IMG/VR virus record: IMGVR_UViG_3300018080_000131
Span: 1 to 64,000 of that record
From: a virus
DNA length: 64,000 bases
Direction: 5' to 3' (one strand)
In this document: positions 48,554-56,686 of the stretch, piece by piece
How the letters are laid out: the number at the start of each line of letters is the position of its first letter
Numbering within the stretch: position 1 is the stretch's first letter
Notes under the pieces: generated by a model
Databases searched by the model: none
What the model was told of the DNA's origin: nothing
Seen by the model: the letters and a program-made list of their open reading frames with translations, nothing else
Translations under genes and position numbers: made by a program

Positions 48554-49358
48554 AATTTATTTGATTATAAATAAAATTAATGGAAAAACATATGTTGGAA
48601 TGACTAGTAGGACAGTTAAACAGAGAGTAGAGGGTGGTCATTTTACTAAAAATGCTAATATTCTGTTACAAAGAGCTTTAGATAAATATGGAAAAGATAA
48701 TTTTGAATATGGTACTTTAGAAGTTTGTGGTTGTGAAGAGGATGCTGTTGAAGCTGAAAAATTTTGGATTGCTACTTTTAATAGTATTTCTAATGGATAT
48801 AATATAGATGAAGGTGGTACTTTTCCAAGTGAATCTATGAGGGATAAAAGTAGTGAAGGACTTAGAGAATATTGGAAAAGAGTTACAGGTAAGAAATCAG
48901 TAAAAAGAATAAATATTAAGAAAATAAATGAATTAACACAGAAATATGTTGATACAAAGGATGAAAAAATTTGGGATGATTTAATTTCAGAATTGTATAT
49001 TATTATTGATATTTTACTTGGGAAAAATTATACAAGAATAAAAACTCTTTGGGATGATATGAGACAAGATGTAATAATTAACTTGTGGAAAAATAGAAGA
49101 ACTGTTGGTGATACCTGTTCTCATAGTTTTTATAATCATTATTATAATAGAATTAGAAAGGGGTTAAATAGAGCTATAAAAAAATATGAAGGTGAAAAAT
49201 ATGAAGAAAGTGATTATTTAATTTATAAGGAGAAAAAACAACCTATGTATGATTTTTTAGATATGAATGTTAAGTCTATAGAAGATTTAACTGATGAGGA
49301 AAAATTAGAAGTTGGTTTGGATACTGAAGGAAATATGTCAGAAGATTATGAAGAGTAA
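48531..49358 (+). CDS. GIY-YIG endonuclease domain fused to sigma-region-2-like domain
   Basis: KIYLIINKINGKTYVGMT...R...H...LQRALDKYG..NF...E..WI...GYNI; C-terminal half is paralogous to 13888-14334. Confidence 0.75.
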   Translation: MMGEKKYKIYLIINKINGKTYVGMTSRTVKQRVEGGHFTKNANILLQRALDKYGKDNFEYGTLEVCGCEEDAVEAEKFWIATFNSISNGYNIDEGGTFPSESMRDKSSEGLREYWKRVTGKKSVKRINIKKINELTQKYVDTKDEKIWDDLISELYIIIDILLGKNYTRIKTLWDDMRQDVIINLWKNRRTVGDTCSHSFYNHYYNRIRKGLNRAIKKYEGEKYEESDYLIYKEKKQPMYDFLDMNVKSIEDLTDEEKLEVGLDTEGNMSEDYEE

Positions 49359-49938
49359 TATTGATAAACCTAATAAAGAAGCTATAGAGGCTTTTATAAA
49401 AGATTTTCCTAATTCTGTAGTTTCTGATTTACTTATGTATTTTGGAGAGGATGTTGTTGTGAGATTTGTGGAATTGTATTCTGGTCAAAAGATAAATATT
49501 CCTTCAGTGAATAGTATTTGGATAAGTTACAGAAATAGGAAGGTTGTTGAAGAGCTTGATAAAAAAAATACAAAAGAAGTTAGGGAGATGTTGGCTGATA
49601 ATTTTGGTTTGGAAGATAAAGAGGTAACAGATATATATGCATATTGTAAAGGAAAACATATAACAAGAGTTAAACATACTACTATAAATAGGATTGTTGA
49701 TGTTATATTTAGGAAGAATCTTAGGAAGTATCATAAAGCTGTTATGAAAATGACACAAGGAGCAAGTACTGATAGTACACAAGACCCAGAAATTTTGTAT
49801 TTAGTTGAAGAAGCTAAAAGAGAGTTTTTGTCTAATTGTATGGAAGATTTGAATGAACATTTGGTAATTTGTGGTAGAAAAGACAAGAGAGATAAATGTG
49901 TTGAGCTATTAATGAAGAAAATAGATGAAGATATTTGA
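49312..49938 (+). CDS. Mor/C-like transcriptional activator
   Basis: FGEDVVVRFVELYSGQKINIP...RNRKV...REMLADNFGL...VTDI pattern. Confidence 0.6.
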   Translation: MVWILKEICQKIMKSNIDKPNKEAIEAFIKDFPNSVVSDLLMYFGEDVVVRFVELYSGQKINIPSVNSIWISYRNRKVVEELDKKNTKEVREMLADNFGLEDKEVTDIYAYCKGKHITRVKHTTINRIVDVIFRKNLRKYHKAVMKMTQGASTDSTQDPEILYLVEEAKREFLSNCMEDLNEHLVICGRKDKRDKCVELLMKKIDEDI

Positions 49939-50008
49939 TTTTACTAAGATTAGTTCAAAATACTTGAAAAATCAAGCCTTCTACATTATTAGAAGGGTAT
50001 AAGTTAAG

Positions 50009-51565
50009 ATGGAAAATTTAATAGAGAAAAAACCAAGAAATATCATACAAGCTTTTGAAGAAGAGGAGTTTTTTGGTAAGTCTTTTCCAGGTAAGAAGAA
50101 AGGAAGCTGGGATAAGTGGAAAAGCTTCTTGAAAATTGTATATGGTATCAGATTAAACAAAAGGGACAGGGAAGTTTATGAGAGATGTACTGGTAGAAGC
50201 ATTGATGATATTCCTAAAGGTGGTTTTGAAGAGTTTTATGGGATTGTAGGTAGAAGAGGTGGTAAAAGTACTATTTCTTCATTTATTGCTTCTTATGAGG
50301 CTTTATTTGGTGGTTGGGAAAAAGTATAAGCTCCTGGTGAAACAGGAAGTGTGTTTATTGTTGCTCCTGATAAAAAGCAAGCTGGAATTATTTTCAAATA
50401 TTGTAAAGCTATGATTGCTGATAATTTTAAAGATATGATTGTGAGAGATACTACAGAATTGATTAGCTTGAAAAATGGAATTGATATTGTGATAATGCCA
50501 GCTAGAATGACAGGTTTGAGAGGTTTTTCAACTATTTGTGTTATTCTTGATGAAATTGCTTTTTTGAAAACAGAGGATTATGCTAATCCAGCAGATGAGA
50601 TTATTACAGCATTAGAACCTTCTTTGAAGGCAAAAGCTAAGTTGATTGGGATTTCTACTCCTTATGGAAAATTTGGTTATTTCTATGATATGTTTAAAGA
50701 GCATTATGGAAAAAGAGGTTCTGAAATTTTAGTTTGGCAAGCTCCAACAACATATATGAATCCAAGGTATGATGTAAGTAAAATCAGAAGAGCTAAAAGA
50801 AGGGATTTGTCAAAGGCTACAGCAGAATATGAGGCTACATTTAGAGAAGATGTAAGTTCTTACATTTCAGAAGATGAGCTTTTGGGGTTAACAGAATTTG
50901 GTATAAAAGAAAGGTTACCAGAAGAGGATATGCCTTATTATGCTTTTGTTGATGTTTCTGGTGCTAGGAAAGATTCTTTTACTTTTGCAATTGCTCATGT
51001 TGAAGAGGATTTTGTAGTTTTAGATGTTATTTATGAAAAAGTTCCACCATATAATATTGAAAATCAGCAACAGATTTGTGCTGATTATTTGAAGAAATTT
51101 GGAATTAGGCATATTGTTGGTGATAAATATGGTGGTGATTTTCCAGTTCAAGGATTTAAGAGGAAGGAGATTCAGTATTATCAAAGCCAAAATCCTAAGT
51201 CTGATTTATATCTTGATTTTCAGATAGTTTGTAATTTGAAAAAAGTGAAATTGCTTGATAATGAAAGAATGAGAAAGCAGTTTATTATTTTAGAAAGGAA
51301 AACAGATGCTTCAGGAAAAGATTCTGTAATTAAGCCAAGAAATACTCATGATGATGTTGCTAATTCAGTTGCAGGAGCAGTAGTAATGGCATATAGGAGT
51401 ATTTCAACTAGACCTTCTGAGGAAGAGCTAAAAAGCAGGATGTTTAGGAAAGTGCATAAAAGAGGGTTGAATTATGATGAGGAATGGGCTAATATTTTGA
51501 AAGAAGCTGAAAAAGAAATGGAAGAGCAGTTAGCTAGAAGAAAAAAAGGAGAAGGAGAAAAATGA
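50009..51565 (+). CDS. terL: terminase large subunit, interrupted by a single in-frame TAA at 50327-50329
   Basis: GRRGGKS Walker A in the first segment; VAPDKKQA, RG, VILDEIAF, ISTPYG, EYEATF, FVDVSG, HDDVAN in the second. Both segments share one frame. Confidence 0.88.
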
Positions 51566-51789
51566 AAGGTTTGATATATTACATAAACAAGATTTTAGGT
51601 AGAGTTCCAACAGAAACAGATAAGAGTTTTGCTAAAAAAGAGCTTGAGTATTTTATGAGAGGTAGAGGTGCTACTCATAGGTTTGTAAGACCAGGAGAAA
51701 GATTCAGAAAGCCTTGGAAAAAAAAGAAAAAGCTTAAAGTTGGTGAATCTGAGAGAATTGGAAGATTTTACAAATATGAGGAGAAATAA
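51562..51789 (+). CDS. basic hypothetical protein
   Basis: SD GGAG; coupled to terL. Confidence 0.55.
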   Translation: MKGLIYYINKILGRVPTETDKSFAKKELEYFMRGRGATHRFVRPGERFRKPWKKKKKLKVGESERIGRFYKYEEK

Positions 51790-52059
51790 GAATATGGATA
51801 ATATTGGAAAAGAAATTATTTATTTTGAAGAATGGGTAGATAAGAGAATAAGACATATTGAAAGAAAGGAAAAGAGGAAACTTTTTATTAAATATTTAAA
51901 ATATTATCTTACTAAAATGGAAGAGGCTATGGAAAAAGATGATAAGGTTAAGGTTCTTTCATTACAAAGAAAGTTTAAAGAAGAAGATGTTGGTTTTTAT
52001 TATGTTTTTAAAATGGCAAGTTATTTTGCAAATAAACTATTTGATGAGGAGTAATTTAT

Positions 52060-52148
52060 AGGCTGAAATATGAGTAAAATATACCTGTATAAGGCTATTA
52101 GAGCTATTCTAAGCCAAAAACTTTATAATACAAGTATGTTTGCATTAA
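52060..52148 (+). repeat. dispersed repeat, copy D
   Basis: See copies A and C. Confidence 0.85.
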
Positions 52149-52193
52149 TGGAGTTTTAATAAGGCTTAAAAATGATTTGGAGGTGATTAAATA

Positions 52194-52322
52194 ATGGCTA
52201 AAAGAGGTGTTCCTAAAAGAGATGGTTCTGGAAGAGGAACTAGAGCAAATAGAGGAAGAGGTGGATGTTCTTCAACTAAAGTTAGAGGACAGGGAAGAAG
52301 TGGAAACAGAGGAAGGAGATAA
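52194..52322 (+). CDS. 42-aa Arg/Gly-rich peptide (not in ORF track)
   Basis: Strong SD GGAGGTGA; MAKRGVPKRDGSGRGTRANRGRGGC... Confidence 0.75.
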   Translation: MAKRGVPKRDGSGRGTRANRGRGGCSSTKVRGQGRSGNRGRR

Positions 52323-52323
52323 A

Positions 52324-52482
52324 ATGAATATTTTTGAGCTTAAATGTTATTACTGTGGAAACATTAATAAAATAAAGTATCTGGGTAATGAAGAACCAAA
52401 GAAAGTAAAGTTTCAGTGTAGAGAATGTAAGAGAGATATAAAGTATGAGGATGAGGTTGCTAGAAATTTTAGGTTTTACTAA
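52324..52482 (+). CDS. small Zn-ribbon protein
   Basis: SD GGAG; CYYC...CREC. Confidence 0.6.
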   Translation: MNIFELKCYYCGNINKIKYLGNEEPKKVKFQCRECKRDIKYEDEVARNFRFY

Positions 52483-52592
52483 TGCTAGTTGAATATTTAG
52501 AAGCTTTGGGTTTTATTGCTTTAATTTGGGTTCTTCTTTTTATTTGGGAAAGATTAGGAAGGAAGAAGAAGCTGAAATTGTAGTTTTTTGTC

Positions 52593-53063
52593 ATGAAACA
52601 TAGAACCAGAATTGAAAGAAAAAACAGAAAAAGCAAGAGATATATGACCTTGCATAAAAGTGGTTGGTTGTCTCAAAAGGACTTATCACAATTTTTGAAT
52701 ATCAGCATATGGACAATAAGAAGATGGAGTGGGTTAAGATATTGGAATACTTGGGATATTCCAGAAGGTTTTCCCAAACCAGTTGCAAAAGATGGAGAAT
52801 GGAGATGGAATCTGAAAGAGGTTTTGGTTTTTTGTGGATTTAAAAAAGAAGAGGATGAAATGAGCTATCATGAATTAACAGAGATTGAAAAATTGCTTAA
52901 AACAAATGAGGTTGCTGAAATGCTAAGATGTACTCATTATTGGGTTAGAAAATTGGCAATAAAAGGTGATTTGGATTATGTTAAGCTTGGTAACCAGTAC
53001 AGATTTAGGTATAAAGATGTACTAGATTTATTGAATAAAAAAAGGAAAAATTGTAGGATATAG
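52593..53063 (+). CDS. tandem MerR/excisionase-like HTH protein
   Basis: LSQKDLSQFLNISIWTIRRW...GFPKP...RW and LLKTNEVAEMLRC...VRKL...G.L..VKLGNQYRF. Confidence 0.8.
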   Translation: MKHRTRIERKNRKSKRYMTLHKSGWLSQKDLSQFLNISIWTIRRWSGLRYWNTWDIPEGFPKPVAKDGEWRWNLKEVLVFCGFKKEEDEMSYHELTEIEKLLKTNEVAEMLRCTHYWVRKLAIKGDLDYVKLGNQYRFRYKDVLDLLNKKRKNCRI

Positions 53064-53074
53064 GTGGTGAGAAA

Positions 53075-53191
53075 ATGAGCAAACATGCAGAATATTCTTT
53101 TACCAGAAAAGCTGTTTTGAAAAGGGATAAGAGGAATAAGAAAAGGAAGAAAAGAGGTAAGGGAAGTAAGCATGTAAGGAAAAGCAAGTAA
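53075..53191 (+). CDS. 38-aa highly basic peptide (not in ORF track)
   Basis: SD AGGTGG; MSKHAEYSFTRKAVLKRDKRNKKRKKRGKG... Confidence 0.5.
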   Translation: MSKHAEYSFTRKAVLKRDKRNKKRKKRGKGSKHVRKSK

Positions 53192-53531
53192 AATGAACCA
53201 GTATATGAAAGAAGAGGAGCTTATAGAAGAGGCTTTGAAAAAATTGCATTTGTTAACTGGTGAAAAATGTCAGGAAAGGAAAGAAAAACAGGTTTTGAAA
53301 AAGTTGGTTGAAATAATAAAGAAAAAACAGATTAATCAATTGAAGAAAGATTTAAAAGGGGTAATAGACTATTTTACAGATAGGAGAGTAATATGAGTAT
53401 TATGATATTAAACAATATTTTGTATAGGTATAGAGATTTTATTAAACACAATAACTTATCATATATGAAAAGCAGGTATAATTTTTCTGATGATTTTGAT
53501 GAGTGGTGTAATAGAACAGAATAAAAATTAG

Positions 53532-53797
53532 GGGTATGGGTATAAAAGAGAAGATAAGGAAAATGAGGTTGGCTATAATACCAGATATGCCTAATATAAT
53601 AACAGTAGATGATATAATGTTGTATATACCTAATGGTTGTATAGAATCTGATATATGGGATTATGTGGATTGGGAAAGAGAGATAAAAGAAAATAGGGAG
53701 TAGGGTTGAAAAGAGAAGTAATGAAAATGCAGAGGATAGTATAGAAAGGAAACATACCTAAAATAGAGATATTTTTATAGGGTATGGGTATAAAAGA
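53532..53797 (+). repeat. 18-bp direct repeat in purine-rich non-coding tract
   Basis: GGGTATGGGTATAAAAGA at 53532 and 53780. Confidence 0.75.
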
Positions 53798-54204
53798 ATG
53801 GTATATAGGAAAGAAAAAGGTAGTAGAAGGAAAGTAGATACATTGTATATACTTCATGAGGTGTCAAAAACTGCTCAATTTTTTGCAAGACAAAACCAAA
53901 ACCAAGGCAAAGAAAAAAGAAGGCTTACTCCAGGGGTAGACCTCAGTTGCAAAGTTGTTGGCACAGGAGAGTATGTTTTAGGTTATGAGGCTTTTTGAAG
54001 GGTATTATACCACAAATGAGGGGTGTATGTCAAGTAGGATGGTGCTGAAACAGGCTTGGGCTTCCAGAACAGCAGGGGTTTCTGATGAGCATGGTAGAAT
54101 CTGTAAAAAACCAGCATATACCACAATATATAGGGGTATTGATGCTGTATATACTAGTCAAAAAAGTTAAGTTGCAGAAAATAAAAGAGATATGGGTAGA
54201 AAAA

Positions 54205-54232
54205 AGTTTACATAATAAAAGTTATAAGACAC
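54205..54232 (-). other. dif: dif-like XerC/XerD recombination site
   Basis: Minus strand GTGTCTTATAA-CTTTTA-TTATGTAAACT has the 11-6-11 layout; the right arm equals the Bacillus subtilis dif XerD (RipX) arm TTATGTAAACT. Confidence 0.8.
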
Positions 54233-54435
54233 AGGTGGGGTATATGATGCAGGATTCTGGTAGTGAAAGTAAAGTTCAGGTGCAGTTGCAGGAACATTTT
54301 GGTATCAAAAGCCAGCAGAAGTTCTCAGGAGTTGGGGATTTTTTTCTTGGAATATGCAGAAGACAACAAGTACACCAGTTATACAGTAACAGGGGTAGGA
54401 TTCCTTGGAATTGAGAAAAAGGATTGTTTACAGTG

Positions 54436-54457
54436 AAATGTGGTACTATATAGATGA
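54436..54457 (+). promoter_or_regulatory. second promoter class, copy 3
   Basis: AAATGTGGTACTATATAGATGA. Confidence 0.75.
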
Positions 54458-54469
54458 AAGGAGAGAATA

Positions 54470-54646
54470 ATGAGTATTGTTTATGACCCTACAATAGAAG
54501 CCAAAGTGGTGCTTTGTCCTAAGTGTGAGGCTAATATGGAAGACTTGGAGTTTGAGATTGCTGGAGATGGTCTTTGGGAGTGGAAGTGTAATAAGTGTGG
54601 ATATAGTTGGACAATGACAGAAGAGGAGATGAAGGAGTTGAGATGA
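54470..54646 (+). CDS. small Zn-ribbon protein (not in ORF track)
   Basis: SD GGAG; CPKC...WKCNKCGYSW. Confidence 0.65.
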   Translation: MSIVYDPTIEAKVVLCPKCEANMEDLEFEIAGDGLWEWKCNKCGYSWTMTEEEMKELR

Positions 54647-55047
54647 AAGAAAAGGTTTACTGTTGCAATTGTAAGTATTTTTATGGGTTTACTTCTCCAA
54701 ATAGCCAAAAGACTTGTTTGGCTAAGTGTTTTACCAGAAGTACTCCAATAGTTCCAAAAGAAATCTTTAATCAGGATGGTGAGTTGCTGGGGACAAGAAA
54801 TCCAGAAGAGGTTAATAGAAATAATGATTGCCCAGATTATAAAAGGAAATGGTGGAAGGTTTGGGTATGAAAGAAAAAGAGATTATACTACAATTAATGG
54901 AGGCTTGTAATACTTTAATGGATGAGGTTGTAGGAAAGAAAGCTACTAGATGGGGTGTTGTCAATAAGGCTCTTGTTGATGGAAGTAAGTATATAAAGGA
55001 AATAGAAAAAAAAGAGATGATACAAAAAATAAAAAAATTGGGGTATA

Positions 55048-55323
55048 TTGATGATTAGAAAACAGAAGAAAGCTTATAAGAAGCTAAAGAAACACTACAA
55101 AAAACATATTGAAAGCTGGGAAAAATGGTTAACACATATAGAGGAATACAGAATACCTTATTTTCAGGAAGAGCAGAGAAAGTATCATATACTGTTAAAG
55201 AATAAGAAAGAGATATTGGATTATTTAAGTGAGTATTATGGTTATTTAGCTGAATTGGAATACAAAAGAAAACAGATGGAAAAAGAAGAGGAAAGAAGAA
55301 TCTCTTTTATAGGATTAAGATGA
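55048..55323 (+). CDS. hypothetical protein
   Basis: Coupled ORF in a small-gene cluster. Confidence 0.5.
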   Translation: MMIRKQKKAYKKLKKHYKKHIESWEKWLTHIEEYRIPYFQEEQRKYHILLKNKKEILDYLSEYYGYLAELEYKRKQMEKEEERRISFIGLR

Positions 55324-55483
55324 AAGAATATTTTAATTGTCTTAAATGTGGTTCTTTGTGTGAGGTTGTTTTCAAGGATAATGATGAGTATTCTGGAGAA
55401 GAGGTTTGTGAGAAATGTGGTGCTTCTCATGAGGTGTATTTAGTAACAGAATTGAAAGTATCTTTAAATGAAGAATAGATAAT

Positions 55484-55518
55484 TGTCAGAAATGAGGCTT
55501 CTCACTTCTGACAAAAAA
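55484..55518. terminator. intergenic hairpin, probable terminator
   Basis: TGTCAGAAATGAG-GCTT-CTCACTTCTGACA followed by an A-run. Confidence 0.6.
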
Positions 55519-55567
55519 GGTGATAAGTTATGGAAAAAATTGAGAAAATGAAAAAAACTTTGCTGTA

Positions 55568-55653
55568 TAAAATGCTTGTTTATAACAAGTTAAAAGAAAA
55601 AAGAAAAAAATTTCAAAAAAAGACTTGACAAATGATAAAAAATGTTTTATATT
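55568..55653 (+). promoter_or_regulatory. early-type promoter driving the ncRNA operon
   Basis: TAA-N19-TTA 55568-55592; TTGACA 55625; TATATT 55648. Confidence 0.88.
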
Positions 55654-55658
55654 GTGAT

Positions 55659-55695
55659 TGTCTTCAGTTAGAAGATGTAAGTTCTTTAACAATTT
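55659..55695 (+). promoter_or_regulatory. rrn-type antitermination leader (boxB-like hairpin + boxA)
   Basis: Hairpin TGTCTTC-AGTTA-GAAGATG then GTTCTTTAACAATTT; compare E. coli rrn boxA TGCTCTTTAACA. Confidence 0.7.
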
Positions 55696-55700
55696 AATTG

Positions 55701-55957
55701 ATTGTCTCTTCTGAGAGAAGGGAGTTAATCCACAGTTCATCTTGAGCTTGGGAAAAGTTCCTAGAGGATGGAAGATTCAACTAATCTGAGGATAGGTGTT
55801 GAAAACCTAGATGATTCACCTAGTTAGGAGTAGCTAACCTAATGATGATGGTGGTTGGGGTGTCCCCCCTGACAGTTGACCCTAGTTCTCCAAGGGTGTT
55901 CTTGTTACCAAGTGAGCTTAGTTGCAAGAGCTTGGTACTTCTCCCAGAAGAGACAAT
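55701..55957 (+). ncRNA. structured ncRNA module 1
   Basis: 20-bp closing helix (55701-55720 with 55938-55957, one mismatch); several internal hairpins; higher GC than flanks. Confidence 0.75.
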
Positions 55958-55963
55958 AAAATG

Positions 55964-56175
55964 TTTTCCTTCTAATGGGAAGGTCAACTAGACAGAAGAC
56001 TTACTCATTAGTGAAACAGGGAATTGATTAATGCTTTTAAGTAGGCATGGTCAGCATCTGAGTAGAACCATCTGTGGTAAGCAGAAAGACAAAAGGCTCT
56101 GTTGGCTGTCAGTTCTTTGTGAAGTATTAATGCTTCTTGCAGGTGGAATTCCTGCTCTTCCCATTAGAAGGAAAA
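55964..56175 (+). ncRNA. structured ncRNA module 2 (tRNA-like, expanded anticodon arm)
   Basis: Perfect 19-bp closing helix; T arm GCAGG-TGGAATT-CCTGC; variable-arm hairpin GAAGTA-TTAA-TGCTTC. Confidence 0.78.
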
Positions 56176-56191
56176 ATAAAAAATTCTCCTT

Positions 56192-56401
56192 AGAGTTTTT
56201 TCTGGGAGAATAGCTTAAGAAAGCTGTAATGCATTTAATAGGATGCTGGTGAGATGAGATGGTTATACTAGTTGCCATTTTATCTTCTCAATTCCAGCAC
56301 TATGACTATAGCATAGTTAGCATAATAACAGTTTAAAGCTCTGGTTCTTTGAATCAGGTAAATGTTGGTTATGAAATCCAACTTCTCCCAGAAAAAACTT
56401 T
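56192..56401 (+). ncRNA. structured ncRNA module 3 (tRNA-like, ~110 nt D-loop insertion)
   Basis: 19-bp closing helix; GGGAGAA-TA-GCTT...AAGC-T-CTGGT-TCTTTGA-ATCAG...GTTGG-TTATGAAAT-CCAAC-TTCTCCC. Confidence 0.78.
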
Positions 56402-56407
56402 GGTGAG

Positions 56408-56502
56408 TAAAGTATTGTATAACAATAACTTAGAAAAAAACTTTAAAAAAAAAATGAAAAAAAAGACTTGACAAACACATAAAAATGTTTTATATTATAA
56501 GT
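56408..56502 (+). promoter_or_regulatory. early promoter cassette
   Basis: TAA-N19-TTA 56408-56432; TTGACA 56468; TATATT 56491. Confidence 0.9.
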
Positions 56503-56686
56503 ATGATGATAAACAAAGAAACAAGCAAAACAAAACAAAGCCTTCTTGATGAGCTTTCTATCATTAGAGAAGATATTAAAGATGTTCAGTTTTCTATCCA
56601 GAATGGCAACATTTCTGATGTTTCTATTCTTAAAGGTCTTCAGGAAGTTGAAACATCTCTCTTAAATCAAATAAAGGAGTTTTAAG

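Noticed and set aside
50327-50329. Genome-wide stop-codon reassignment or an intron/intein in terL
   Set aside because: TAA, TAG and TGA all terminate clearly bounded genes elsewhere, and no extra sequence is inserted at the break.
52207-52482. 91-aa ORF as given in the track
   Set aside because: Better explained as two genes, 52194-52322 (strong SD, different frame) and 52324-52482.
53630-54414. Short ORFs in the purine-rich tract and ORFs 56031-56278 over the RNA modules
   Set aside because: Atypical composition, no SD, and they overlap the dif-like site or strongly base-paired RNA.
55964-56175. Calling module 2 a bona fide tmRNA (ssrA)
   Set aside because: It is too short and lacks the G3-U70 alanine identity pair, encoded CCA and a recognisable tag reading frame; kept only as tRNA-like.
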